From assembly GCA_030704615.1 (NCBI GenBank), contig CM060734.1, positions 992,001 through 1,056,000 of the forward strand: 64,000 nt of DNA, read 5' to 3'. The stretch comes from Takakia lepidozioides (Eukaryota > Plantae > Bryophyta). Shown one piece after another: positions 1 through 12,871 of this stretch. The notes beneath the pieces are model-generated. The model was given only the letters and a program-made list of their open reading frames with translations. It did not search any database and had not been told where the DNA came from. The stretch's first letter is position 1, and each line of letters begins with the position of its first letter. Position numbers and translations under genes: made by a program.

Positions 1-1762
1 ACAATCGGGACAAACACCACCTTTGGTACATACCAGATCAACATAAACACTTGAGCCTTTGAGAATGAGTTGCAGGTGTTGCAATTCCAAGAGCCCAGCC
101 TGATAATGTAGACCAGCCAGCATGCTATGTCTATGTTCCATGAATGCACAAAGGTCTGGATCTGGTTTTCCAATCATCGATCTCCAAAACTCAATCAGAG
201 TGGAGTGCTACAATGAGCATAATCAGAACTTTATAGACAACGCCAGCTCTTCCAAAAGGCTAGTTTGATAAGTTAAACCAGCCCCTATGTATTTTGAAAA
301 AGCCCAACAAGACCACTGCTTGGTATTCTTCCAAGTCAAGTACAGCTTGGTACTTTCCAAGTTAACATAGTAAAACTGAACCTGTTTCAAATTCAAAGGA
401 TGGTTCGCAACCTTAAAACAGGTGTTATGTAATCTGAAAAGCCCATCACGCCAGCTGCTTGGTAATCTCCAAGTTAGAACAGTGTAACCAGGGCTGTTTT
501 AAATTTAGAACTTTGACCTCAATGTTCAAAAAGTATCGCTTGGTACTTACCGTGTTAAATCAGCATAAGAAGGCCTATCTCAAGCATCATCGGATAGCCT
601 TATAAGGTCTGGAGATGGTACTCCAGCACCATATCAAAATGCACCCGAAGCTCAGACTGGTATCATGCCAGAAAACTGATTTACAATCGGGTTGAAAACC
701 CCACTAATATGGTGCCAAAGTTCGGACTGGTATCATACCAGAAAACTGACTTATAATCAGGTTACAACCCATAAAAACCAAAAAGGATCAAGGTTGAGAG
801 GCCGAATCGTATCAGATGCCCCACTGAAGCAGTATGTAGCGTCAATCGTCACCATCGCCAAGTCCTTTGATCATCTGCAAACTGAAAAAATACACATCCA
901 GTGAAGACCCTCACCTGTGCCCGTCCCAAAAACCACCACATCAAGATGTGTGTCAGTGAGGATGCACGAGGTGAGTAGCAGGTCTTCACAGTTGCTATCC
1001 ATGTCCAACATGCATTCTACAGTGAGCAAATTGATCAAAAGTAAAACATAGATGCGACACCACAAAGAACTTTAATCGTTTGTGGAGTGGGACGCTGCGG
1101 CATTCAACACCTGAATCTCAAGAGATCACAGCAGAATGCAACAAATTGGGATACTTGAGGACAAATTGCATATTTTACAAAGTGCACGATACTTCCCCCA
1201 TCACCTTATGAGCGCCGCTGCTTCACGAATAAGAAAGATTGCAGGCAAACACAGCAGTAGGTCATTTGCCAGTGCGGGAAATGGAAGAGTCTGCCGCCAT
1301 CGCGCAAGAAAAAACAAAATGCACGCGCATCGTGATGCTGGAGCACTCAGCTCAGCCGCCATCGCCATCCTCCAGAGAAAACAAGCACGAGTATCGTGCC
1401 GTGCTTAGGGCAGAGAGGCGGTTAGCAAACCATCCCGCGATGTCATCCACTGGGATGAAATTTTGCACTTCATTAGAGTTACATCCTCTTAGGTTTACAT
1501 CCGTCAGGGTAACATCCAGGATGGATGTAATCCGTCATGGATGAAAAATTGCAGGCTACATCCTTAGTGGTAAGGCTCGAGACAACAATTCATCCAGTCA
1601 GGGATTATACCTGGCATATTTTTCATCCGGTATGGATGAAATTCAAAACATATTCCATTAGGGATTAGAAAGAAGGTATTTCCAAACCAGGTAGGCTTAG
1701 GAAAATAATTGTTAATCCCAAACAGATAATTGGAGAGAGGGAGAGAGGGGGCGCCCACCATC
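1..1762 (-). repeat. Inverted near-identical copy of 7987-9756 (runs off window start)
   Basis: Base 1 (acaatcgggacaaacacc) is the reverse complement of 9756 leftwards; mirrored ORFs in the track (692..904 vs 8845..9057, 1136..1408 vs 8341..8613). Confidence 0.95.
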
Positions 1763-2350
1763 AGATAAGATACTGCCTATGGAAGGTGAAGTTAGATAGT
1801 GCCTTGTTATGAGGCTGATTTGTCGTTGATTTGACAAAGACCTTGTTTGGTCTTGTCCATGTCCCGACAAGACATAGTATCTTCTTTCTCTATTCTTGAC
1901 CAGTGTACTCAGTGGTTTCTGTACACTCTCTCTCTCTCTCTCTCACCTGCCATTTTCCAGTTTTCTTACTATGATGTACTAACACCTTTAATGGAAAGCC
2001 ATGGGGTATCAGCCCCCTATACCTCCATAACAATAGTGTGGAGCAACAAATCCCTCATAAGGTATGATGATCCTCTCCGACAAAAATTTGTTGGCGGATT
2101 GGACAACGAGAGACAGGCATTGCTGATATTACTTGAAGAACATCTAAGGGTTTCTTGCATACTGATATTATGAGCTAGGCCCGGGTAAAACAGCCTGTTA
2201 GAGTATGTGTGTACACCTTCTACATGATCCGGTCAATGCACATTACTCCTGTTAACTGGTAACCTGTAGTTGATGCCTTATGTTAGCATCAGATCCCTTG
2301 TGATGAAAAGCCTTCCCTACTCGTGGGCTTTAATACTTCTCCTGGATGTG

Positions 2351-3078
2351 TGTCGCGCACCTCACTTCGGTAAGCTCCCCTTCAAGTCATAGTTACTTGC
2401 TTTGATGCACGCGCCTGACTCCCAACTTGGCCGCCCGGGCCAACTTGGAGCTTCGGCTGCTCACCGGGACATAACGGTCCCCCTTTGCTTCCCACTAAAC
2501 CCTCTACCTATTTGGGACTAAAAGAATTCCCTTTGGTAGATGGCAGTCCGGAACAGCTCCCCACTCTTTGGTCGCTTTCCGGCTCCCTCGCTTACTCACT
2601 AGTTTTTGGTCACCAACGGGCTTGCACCGTTCTCGGGGTCACTACTCCCCTTATATATACTTCTGTAGCTGTCCGCGGGGGTTTCACAACCAGCCATGCC
2701 ATTTTATGGCGAACCACCACGAAAACCCTCGACTCCCGGTGATGAGTCGCGGTGAGTCTTGGCCCACTCACTACGGTCCCTATGGACCGTGATGAGTCCC
2801 AAGACTCCCCACGACTCCCACCACGAGGTCTCCGCCCCCATGGTGAGTCGTATGCCACCCCCACTAAGTCCCGCTAAGCTACCACCACCCTTGTGGAGCC
2901 ACCCCCACCGCAACCCGGTGTGCGGGGCTCCACCTAGTGAGCGCCTCCGCCTCCTTGGGTGCCTTGGGCAGTCAAGGGTGCTTCAGCCCCCCATACCTAT
3001 CGCTGCCGCTGCCCCCACCACAGGGGCAACCCCTCATGTGTCCCGACCCCCTTGCCCTCAAGGCAAAGGGCCGCGACA
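2351..3078 (-). repeat. 3' LTR (~728 bp) of the deleted chromovirus
   Basis: Reverse-complement similarity to 19291-20016; purine-rich tract adjacent at ~3079-3093. Confidence 0.93.
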
Positions 3079-3973
3079 CACACCCCTACCAACAGGGAGT
3101 CGATGTCCTCATCATTTTGTAGAAACGAACATCCAAGTTGTGGCATCCCACATCAAGGAGTTTGTTTCCGTACCATGGCGTCCCATGGCAAAGAACCAAA
3201 CCCCACACTTGACTCTACTCTCGACTAGCTAGTTCGGCCGACTTCCTCCAAGTCCCGGCCAAGGGTGGAGCCTCTCCAGCTCCTCCCAGTGCACTCTTTT
3301 GGCCTACTTCAAGGCCAAGGAACGATCCTCCCTGAGGATCGAATCGCCTTAGTGCAACAACATTGCTTGCGACCGCTCATGATGCCGCTTTTGGCATCAC
3401 CTTGAGCAAGGGTTCCCTGGAACCCTCTTTGACTAGGAAGATAACCTTGAACCAACCGTGCGCCCCAATCACTACAATTGGGTCCGCCTTGGAATGCTGG
3501 CCTGAGGTACGGGAACACGCCGAAGCCGCACTACGACTTCGTCCCGAGGCTACATGATTATAGTACGTGAACGGAAGCACGTGGCTTCCGCGTTAGCCTG
3601 CACTACAAGGCAACCCCCTCGGTAGCGCAGTTATAGTACGCGCACGCGCCAGGTGCGCACTAGCACGTGAACTCCCAAAGAAGTCGCAAGTTTCCTTGCC
3701 CCTTGGATGGGGGTCACCCGATTTCGGCACTACGCAAACACACGATTAACCCAATTTACCTCTCCCACTTTTATAAGCTAGCATGCATTCTACACACTAG
3801 CCAACCATACCATGCATCACCATTCCAAACAAAATAGGACGCACAACATTTGGAACCCATTTCCTTTATAACAAATTTTTGTACAATACAAGTTTTTGTA
3901 ATCGGATTCCTAAGCTAGCTAAGCCGGGCTTAGCATGCATTTCCTCCCCCACGCTCCAAGGTTGATGTCCCCA

Positions 3974-6900
3974 TCAACGCTTTTTCCGCTTTTGAGGTCG
4001 CCCTTCGAAAGCTGCAACCGCCTCGGATGCGTTTCCCATTTCTGAGGCACGCACCCAAGATGCCTCCACATGATGATTGCCCTTCCATTTGACGAGATAC
4101 TCCGTTTCTCGGTTCCTGAACCTCCTCGACTTAAGTATTGCCTCCACCTTGTACTCAGGTTCATTTTCATGATCCAACAGCATAGGTGGCGGACGCAACA
4201 CTTGATGCCGATTCGGATGCGCTTCATCTTTGAAGTAAGGCTTCAAAAGGGAGACATGGAATACTGGGTGCACCTTGCTGTTTGCCGGCAGCTCCAATTC
4301 ATACACATCCTCATTCATAACCTTCCGAATGCGAAAGGGTCCCGCATACGGAGGTACGAACTTCGGACTCACTTCCGGAGGTAGTCGGAAATTCTTGATG
4401 TTCGACCAGACCTCTGTGCCTGCCTCAAACTTCACTTCCCTCCGCTTCCGATTCGCCTGCCTTTCATACCGTTTCCTAGCTTTGGCAATATTGTACTTTG
4501 CGAGCTTCAACAAACGCTCGCATTCTTCCAGTACCGCCGCTACTGCCGGTTCCTCAACGTCCTGGGCGGCCCAACTTGTCGGCACCAGAGGTGCTTTTCC
4601 ATAGACCAATACGAAAGGGGAAACTCCCGTTTCGGAGTGTTATGTGTTATTATAACAGAACTCTGCCGCGTCTAAGTGTTCCACCCAGTCTGTTTGGTCT
4701 GCCGACACGTAATTCCGCAAGATCTGCTTCACTACGGAATTCACCCTTTATGTTTGGCCGTCGGTCGTAGGTCGGAAGGCGGTGCTCATCTTCAGCCTCG
4801 TCCCCATCTTCTTCCAAAGTGCCCTCCAAAATTTACTCGTAAACTTTGGATCGCGGTCCGAGACAATATCCTTTGGGACTCCATGATGTTTTAAGACGTG
4901 GGTGAAGTAAAGTCGCCCTGTCTCCTGCGCCGTTGCCGTCTCCTTGGTGGGGATGAAATGGCCCATTTTACTGAACCTATCCACCACCACCATGATTGCA
5001 TCGAATCCTTTTGACAGCGGCATAGCAGTCATGAAATCCATCAAGACGCTTTCCCAAGTCCCCTCTGGAATCGGCAAGGGTTGTAACAGCCCCACTTGCT
5101 TTTTGTACTTGCTCCGGTTTTGTTGGCATGTGGTGCATGTCTTGACATACTCCTCTGCCTCCTCCCTCAGTTTGGGCCATAAATACTCTTTCTTCAAGAG
5201 TGACGCAGTGCGCTTGGCTCCGCCGTGGCCCACAAGTGGGCTATCATGGCATTCTCTCAAGAGGCTATCTTTGATCCCTCCCTTCGGCACGTAGAGACGT
5301 TTTTGCTTATACCGGAGCAGTCCATTTTGCAAGTGGAACTGCGATTTACCCCCATCCTCAAGTCCTGCATCGCGGACTTTGCCAGCTCATCCTTCCGGCA
5401 AGCCTTCCGGATCTTCCTTTGGAGCGCCGTCTCGCCCTTGTACACCAACAAGAGCTGCTGCTTTCTACTTAAAGCATCGGCCACCACGTTGTCTCGTCCC
5501 GGTTTGTACTGGATATCCACGTCGAACACCGCCAAAGTATCTTGCCACCTAAGTTGTTTTGGGGACAACTTGGGCTGCGTGGCAAAGTACTTCACCGTGA
5601 CATTGTCCGTGAACACTTGTGAGGGTTGGAACCAACATAGTGGCGCCAAAGCTCAAGACAATGCACCACCGCCTTCATCTCTTTCTCGTGCGTCGGCCAC
5701 CGTCGCTCCACTTCATTCAGTTTCTTACTTTCGTAAGCCACTGGACGTCCATCTTGCATCAGTACACCCCCAATCGCGAAGTCCGACGCATCTGTATGTA
5801 TCTCGAACGGACGATCGAACTCCGGGATTTTCAAGACTGGAGCTTCTGCCATCCGCTGCTTCAATTCAGCAAAAGCTTGGCCACAAAAGGTGTTCCATGC
5901 CCAGACTTTAGATTTACACAGAAGGTCTGACAGCGGCCCCGCAATCTTGGCGAAATTTCTCACATACTTCCGGTAATAGGAGGCGAGTCCTAGGAAGGAT
6001 CGCACTCCCGGGACCGAAGTCGGAGGCTCCCAGTCCAAGATCGCCCTCACCTTTCCGTCATCCATTTTGATCCCATCCTGTGTAATCACATGCCCCAGGA
6101 ACTCCACTTTTGTGACCCCGAATTCGCACTTTGAAGCTTTGGCATACAACTTCCCTTCTCGCAATTTTTGGAACACCCTTTTCAGGTGCTCCAGGTGCTC
6201 CTCATTTGTTTTCGAGTACACCAAGATGTTGTCAATGTACACGATCACAAAGTCATCCAACCACTCCTGGAAAAGGCTGTTCATCAGCGTGCTAAATGTT
6301 GCTGGTGCATTGGTGAGCCCAAAATGCATCACCAAGAACTCATATGAACCATACCTTGTCCTGCACGCGGTCTTCTCCTCATCTCCTTCCGCCACCCGAA
6401 TTTGGTGATAGCCGGAGCGCAAGTCGATCCGGCTGAAATACTTCGCTCCTGCCAACCGATCGAAGAGGTCGTCGATCCTTGGCAAAGGGTACCGGTTTTT
6501 TATAGTCACCTTATTCAGAGCCCTGTAATCGACACGCATCCGCAACGTCCCATCCTTCTTGTCTGCAAATAGCACCGGGGCTCCCACCGCTTCCACCAAG
6601 CGACTGATGGTATCTTCCGACAGCTCCGTGGTTGCCCGGGTCATGTTCAATTGTCAAGGTTTTGTGCACTTCTTGGCCATGTGCCCGGGCTCCCCGCAAT
6701 TCAAACACACTCCATCAAAGGTCGCCTTCTGTCCGCCATAAGCCGCTCCACCCGCTTTTCCTTTCGAAGCACCGGGTGCCGCCTTGACGTGTGAAGGCCA
6801 TCCCTTCGATTTCCACGTGCCATTGTTGCCGCGTGGCCTATCCCACTTCTTTTCCGGTCGGGAGGAGTCAACTTCCCGCCGGGTCTTCTTGTGGTTCAGC

Positions 6901-6980
6901 TCCGTACGGCCTTGTCTCTCACCCCTAGGGACATCCGAGAAACATTCAGCCCTCTCAATTGCCTCGTTCAAAGTCTTGGG
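3974..6980 (-). pseudogene. pol: Disrupted gag-pol: gag C-terminus/CCHC, RT, RNase H, integrase, chromodomain; protease deleted
   Basis: CLNCGEPGHMAKKC; [16 protein letters not shown]; [10 protein letters not shown]; MDF...SDRDPKF; EYKVEAIL...YLVKWKG; several frameshifts and stops. Confidence 0.93.
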
Positions 6981-7265
6981 GAGTCCCAAGACTCCCCACG
7001 ACTCCCACCACGAGGTCTCCGCCCCCATGGTGAGTCCTATGCCACCCCCACTAAGTCCCGCTAAACTACCACCACCCCTTGTGGAGCCACCCCCACCGCA
7101 ACCCGGTGTGCGGGGCTCCACCTAGTGAGCGCCTCCGCCTCCTTGGGTGCCTTGGGCAGTCAAGGGTGCTTCAGCCCCCCATACCTATCGCTGCCGCTGC
7201 CCCACCACAGGGGCAACCCCTCATGTGTCCCGACCCCCTTGCCCTCAAGGCAAAGGGCCGCGACA
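6981..7265 (-). repeat. Truncated 5' LTR (first ~285 bp only), fused to gag
   Basis: Matches 12872-13156 reverse complemented, then jumps into gag (PKTLNEAIE). Confidence 0.9.
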
Positions 7266-7986
7266 ATGTGGGTTTGCTCTTTATAGCACCACTAAAAAAA
7301 TACCCAGGTGTAACGTGATATGTCCTTTTTCATACCTTAAGGAAATCTGGTTTTAAAACCATAAAGCTGGCTGATATGGTGAAAAAGATGGGCACCGGAT
7401 TGCTGCCAATGTTTTTATTCACATGTTCATGTTGTGAATCACGGGCAGTAGACTACTGCCACTGGCTGAAGAACACAAGTTCTTATTCATACCTTTGGAA
7501 AAACGGTTCTAACCATAAAGTTGGCTGATGTGGTGGAAAAATGTGCAGTAATTTATTGGCATCGGTTGAAGAACACCTGTAATTTATGAACTCTTGCGTG
7601 CCCAGCTATATGAATGTTTTGTCCATATAATTTTCTCTTGACTTGGGAAGCAGAGACTGTAGCTTTTTAACCAAAGATAAAACTACATCGCACGGAGATT
7701 CTTCCTTGGTCTCTACTTCTTTACAAGAGCTTGTTGACAAGATAAGAGGTAAGACGGAAAACGCATGACTCTATATTCTTGCCAAGTTTGATTTATGCTA
7801 TGCCAATGTTCACTCGTGATCTGAGGGCAGAGAGAATGTAGACCTTTTATCTTTTTGGTATTCAAGTCCAAGGACAGAACTACATTGTAGAGGGAGAGCC
7901 TTATGAGAATGGGTCCGGTATGCACTCCCTTACGGGGTGAGTGCATACCACACTCACTCCATAAGGGACTGCCATACCAGGGGTTG

Positions 7987-9756
7987 GATGGTGGGCGCCC
8001 CCTCTCTCCCTCTCTCCAATTATCTGTTTGGGATTAACAATTATTTTCCTAAGCCTACCTGGTTTGGAAATACCTTCTTTCTAATCCCTAATGGAATATG
8101 TTTTGAATTTCATCCATACCGGATGAAAAATATGCCAGGTATAATCCCTGACTGGATGAATTATTGTCTTGAGCCTTACCACGAAGGATGTAGCCTGCAA
8201 TTTTTCATCCATGACGGATTACATCCATCCTGGATGTTACCCTGACGGATGTAAACCTAAGAGGATGTAACTCTAATGAAGTGCAAAATTTCATCCCAGT
8301 GGATGAAATCACGGGATGGTTTGCTAACCGCCTCTCTGCCCTAAGCACGACACGATACTCGTGCTTGTTTTCTCTGGAGGATGGCGATGGCGGCTGAGCT
8401 GAGTGCTCCAGCATCACGACGCGCGTGCATTTTGTTTTTTCTTGCGCGATGGCGGCAGACTCTTCCATTTCCCGCACTGGCAAATGACCTACTGCTGTGT
8501 TTGCCTGCAATCTTTCTTATTCGTGAAGCAGCGGCGCTCATAAGGTGATGGGGGAAGTATTGTGCACTTTGTAAAATATGCAATTTGTCCTCAAGTATCC
8601 CAATTTGTTGCATTCTGCTGTGATCTCTTGAGATTCAGGTGTTGAATGCCGCAGCGTCCCACTCCACAAACGATTAAAGTTCTTTGTGGTGTCGCATCTA
8701 TGTTTTACTTTTGATCAATTTGCTCACTGTAGAATGCATGTTGGACATGGATAGCAACTGTGAAGACCTGCTACTCACCTCGTGCATCCTCACTGACACA
8801 CATCTTGATGTGGTGGTTTTTGGGACGGGCACAGGTGAGGTTCTTCACTGGATGTGTATTTTTTCAGTTTGCAGATGATCAAAGGACTTGGCGATGGTGA
8901 CGATTGACGCTACATACTGCTTCAGTGGGGCATCTGATACGATTCGGCCTCTCAACCTTAATCCTTTTTGGTTTTTATGGGTTGTAACCTGATTATAAGT
9001 CAGTTTTCTGGTATGATACCAGTCCGAACTTTGGCACCATATTAGTGGGGTTTTCAACCCGATTGTAAATCAGTTTTCTGGCATGATACCAGTCTGAGCT
9101 TCGGGTGCATTTTGATATGGTGCTGGAGTACCATCTCCAGACCTTATAAGGCTATCCGATGATGCTTGAGATAGGCCTTCTTATGCTGATTTAACACGGT
9201 AAGTACCAAGCGATACTTTTTGAACATTGAGGTCAGAGTTCTAAATTTAAAACAGCCCTGGTTACACTGTTCTAACTTGGAGATTACCAAGCAGCTGGCG
9301 TGATGGGCTTTTCAGATTACATAACACCTGTTTTAAGGTTGCGAACCATCCTTTGAATTTGAAACAGGTTCAGTTTTACTATGTTAACTTGGAAAGTACC
9401 AAGCTGTACTTGACTTGGAAGAATACCAAGCAGTGGTCTTGTTGGGTTTTTTCAAAATACATAGGGGCTGGTTTAACTTATCAAACTAGCCTTTTGGAAT
9501 ACCCTTTGAGCTGGCGTTGTCTATAAAGTTCTGATTATGCTCATTGTAGCACTCCACTCTGATTGAGTTTTGGAGATCGATGATTGGAAAACCAGATCCA
9601 GACCTTTGTGCATTCATGGAACATAGACATAGCATGCTGGCTGGTCTACATTATCAGGCTGGGCTCTTGGAATTGCAACACCTGCAACTCATTCTCAAAG
9701 GCTCAAGTGTTTATGTTGATCTGGTATGTACCAAAGGTGGTGTTTGTCCCGATTGT
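7987..9756 (+). repeat. Partner of the inverted duplication at 1-1762
   Basis: Reverse-complement near-identity with a few SNPs and a small indel. Confidence 0.95.
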
Positions 9757-9887
9757 TTTATAAGAAAAACAAGACTCCTTCAATGATGAATGACATCTGA
9801 ATCTAGGGCGATGGTTGTCTTGGAAATCCCACCCTCCCACCCTAATTTTTTTTTTCATGTGTTTTCAGGAAGATGACACGAGTTTTT

Positions 9888-10898
9888 ATCAGGTAAGATA
9901 CTGCCTATGGAAGGTGAAGTTAGATAGTGCCTTGTTATGAGGCTGATTTGTCGTTGATTTGACAAAGACCTTGTTTGGTCTTGTCCATGTCCCGACAAGA
10001 CATAGTATCTTCCCTCTCTATTCTTGACCAGTGTACTCAGTGCTTTCTGTACACTCTCTCTCTCTCTCTCTCTCTCACCTGCCATTTTCCAGTTTTCTTA
10101 CTATGATGTACTAACACCTTTAATGGAAAGCCATGGGGTATCAGCCCCCTATACCTCCATAACAATAGTGTGGAGCAACAAATCCCTCATAAGGTATGAT
10201 GATCCTCTCCGACAAAAATTTGTTGGCGGATTGGACAACGAGAGACAGGCATTGCTGATATTACTTGAAGAACATCTAAGGGTTTCTTGCATACTGATAT
10301 TATGAGCTAGGCCCGGGTAAAACAGCCTGTTAGAGTATGTGTGTACACCTTCTACATGATCCGGTCAATGCACATTACTCCTGTTAACTGGTAACCTGTA
10401 GTTGATGCCTTATGTCAGCATCAGATCCCTTATGATGAAAAGCCTTCCCTACTCGTGGGCTTTAATACTTCTCCTGGATGTGGGTTTGCTCTTTATAGCA
10501 CCACTAAAAAAATGCCCAGGTGTAACGTGATATGTCCTTTTTCATACCTTAAGGAAATCTGGTTTTAAAACCATAAAGCTGGCTGATATGGTGAAAAAGA
10601 TGGGCACCAGATTGCTGCCAATGTTTTTATTCACATGTTCATGTTGTGAATCACGGGCAGTAGACTACTGCCACTGGCTGAAGAACACAAGTTCTTATTC
10701 ATACCTTTGGAAAAACGGTTCTAACCATAAAGTTGGCTGATGTGGTGGAAAAATGTGCAGTAATTTATTGGCATCGGTTGAAGAACACCTGTAATTTATG
10801 AACTCTTGCGTGCCCAGCTATATGAATGTTTTGTCCATATAATTTTCTCTTGACTTGGGAAGCAGAGACTGTAGCTTTTTAACCAAAGATAAAACTAC
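9888..10898 (+). repeat. Uninterrupted (empty-site) partner of 1760-2350/7266-7686
   Basis: Single ATGTG at 10478-10482; (CT)n tract length differs between the copies. Confidence 0.93.
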
Positions 10899-11860
10899 CC
10901 ACACCTGGCAGTGGTACCTGCAAGTTTGAGGTGCATGTTGTGTGGGTCTACTAGAGGGGCAGCCACCATGCTGGTGTGTGATCAATGCTCTAGAGGTTGG
11001 CATATGGGATGCTTGACTCCACCTCTTGAGATGGTTCCTGATGGGGATTGGTTATGTCCGCATTGCATTGGATAGTGGGAGTGGATACAACCATGGAAGG
11101 CTAACAAGAAATGCAAGGCCAAGCTACTAGGAGACCAACACACGAGATCATGTTTCAAGTTCACAGATTGCAAGACGGCGACTAACGATGGGGATGCTCT
11201 TGTACCCGGCCTCTTGGTCTATAGAGTTTGAGTACAATAGGGACAGTGATAGAGGACTTAGTACGGCTGTGGCTATTACATCTTGTAGCTATCTGGAGTT
11301 AGAGGGACCTAACCACCAGCTAGGGGGGCGATTGTGGCAGACTACTTTATTGTGCATATATGTGTGGTGTGGTTTGGACAACGATGTAGTTGTGTAGCGA
11401 TATGTATGCGCACGACAGCTGTCAAGTTAAATAAACACAGTGTGAAACTAACTAGAATAAATCTAGTTATTTGTATTTAACACTTGGAATTAGTTCAAGT
11501 GTTAAGTCAGGTGTCAAGTTTAGCTTGACACCTGAACCATCTTATCTTCACGAGCTCATCAGTTGTGCGGCTCATCTCTCTCGAATTGAGCCCGCACGAC
11601 CAAGCTCCCTCGCTGCTTAGCATCTGAGTGTACTTATGGAGGGAGAGTAGGATGTTGTGGGATGGAGTCCCCATAGCTTGGGGTGCCCCTGGCTTGACTC
11701 TTATTTTAACGAGTGATTGTATTGTATTTCGTGTTTTTGTGTCAAGAGACAGTGTGAGTTTAGTTTTCATTTCATTGTGGCAGACTACTTTATTGTGCAT
11801 ATATGTGTGGTGTGGTTTGGACAGCGATGTAGTTCTGTAGCGATACGTATGCGCACGACA
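10898..11860 (+). mobile_element. 3' half of DNMT-Gypsy element 1: degenerate PHD, 3' UTR, PPT, repeats A-B-A
   Basis: Homologous to 20087-20525 reverse complemented; PPT agctaggggggcgat ~11318-11332; A 11333-11417, GC, B 11420-11774, T, A 11776-11860; followed by CAAT. Confidence 0.9.
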
Positions 11861-12408
11861 CAATGCTCACATCGACCCAGGACCAGTAGAGATAGATGTG
11901 TACGGCGTTGTTTAGTGGATGATGGGAGCTCATTCAACATCATGCCGTTCTCCGTTCTATCCAAACTGGGTTTGAACATGACAGGGGAATCCCCTCTGAC
12001 AATCAGGCTAGCTGACCAGCGGAAGATCCGACCAGTGGGTCACATAGCAAATGTAAAGATGAAGACATGAGGCTATACGTATGCAGTAGACTTCCAAATC
12101 ATAGACTTCCCCATCGACGAATATTTGTATGCACTCCTATTAGGGAGGCCATGGTTGGTCCAGTCCAGGGCACGAACGGACTGGGGGGCAGGCACCATTA
12201 CTTATGGGGTAAGACCTTACACTACTACTGTTGCATTTCTTTCTGGAGCACCTCACAAAGAAACACATGAGGATGAGCTCAGCATGATTGGCTCTGAAGA
12301 GGAGTATGCAGACTTGAGTGAGGAGGATTTGTGGTTAGAAGGAGAGCTCCTCCCCACCTCACACGCCCACCGAGTTTTAGCAACAGCTACCGCGCCTCAC
12401 ATGGAGGT
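11861..12408 (+). pseudogene. Aspartic protease remnant of an older Gypsy element (continuation of the gag ending at 40304)
   Basis: CLVDDGSSFNIMP...TIRLADQRKIRPVG...YALLLGRPWL; the translation joins across CAAT (...AQAHHIN-AHIDPGPVEIDVYG). Confidence 0.75.
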
Positions 12409-12493
12409 TGTCGTGCGCATACATATCGCTACACAACTACATCGCTGTCCAAACCACACCACACATATATGCACAATAAAGTAGTCTACCACA
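12409..12493 (-). repeat. Terminal repeat A2 (85 bp, TG...CA) of element 2
   Basis: Matches A1 (12852-12871 plus 20022-20086) and is similar to 11333-11417 and 11776-11860. Confidence 0.92.
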
Positions 12494-12494
12494 A

Positions 12495-12849
12495 TGATAA
12501 GAAAACTAGAAAACACACTGCTCACACCAGAAACAACATGAACCCATTGCTATCACTCTTTAAAACAGAAGTCAAGCTAGGGGCACCCCAAGCTATGGGG
12601 ACTCCACCCCACAACAACCTACACTCCCATCATAAGCACACTCAAATCTAAACGCATGAAGGAGCTCGGTCGCGCAGGCTCAACTCGAGAGAGATGAGCT
12701 GCGCGACTGCCGCTCTCGTGAAGATAAGACGGACCAGGTGTCAAACTAAACTTGACACCTGATTTAACACTTGACCTAAATCCAAGTGTTAAATACAAAT
12801 AACTAGTTTTATTCTAGTTGTTTTCACACTGTGCTTATTTAACTTGACA
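12495..12849 (-). repeat. Repeat B2 (355 bp, TG...CA) of element 2
   Basis: About 7 differences by eye from B1 at 30828-31182. Confidence 0.93.
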
Positions 12850-12871
12850 GCTGTCGTGCGCATACATATCG

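Larger units (their letters stand above)
2351..7265 (-). mobile_element. Internally deleted Ty3/Gypsy chromovirus (Galadriel-like), same family as 12872-20016
   Basis: TG...CA termini, 5-bp TSD ATGTG (2346-2350 and 7266-7270), RT/RH/INT/chromodomain ORFs, empty site at 10478-10482. Confidence 0.95.
1760..7686 (+). repeat. Direct copy of 9888-10898, split by the LTR element (1760-2350 plus 7266-7686)
   Basis: aagatactgcctatggaagg...ctcctggatgtg and atgtgggtttgctc...aaagataaaactac recur contiguously at 9888-10898. Confidence 0.93.

Noticed and set aside
8732-8833. Possible AG/GT-bounded host exon and other short ORFs in the duplicated 1-10.9 kb segments
   Set aside because: No recognisable protein similarity; I cannot support a gene model.
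11333-11860. Small TRIM-like element with 85-bp LTRs (A-B-A)
   Set aside because: No TSD around A-B-A alone; it follows the PPT of the large element and B is repeated at that element's 5' end.
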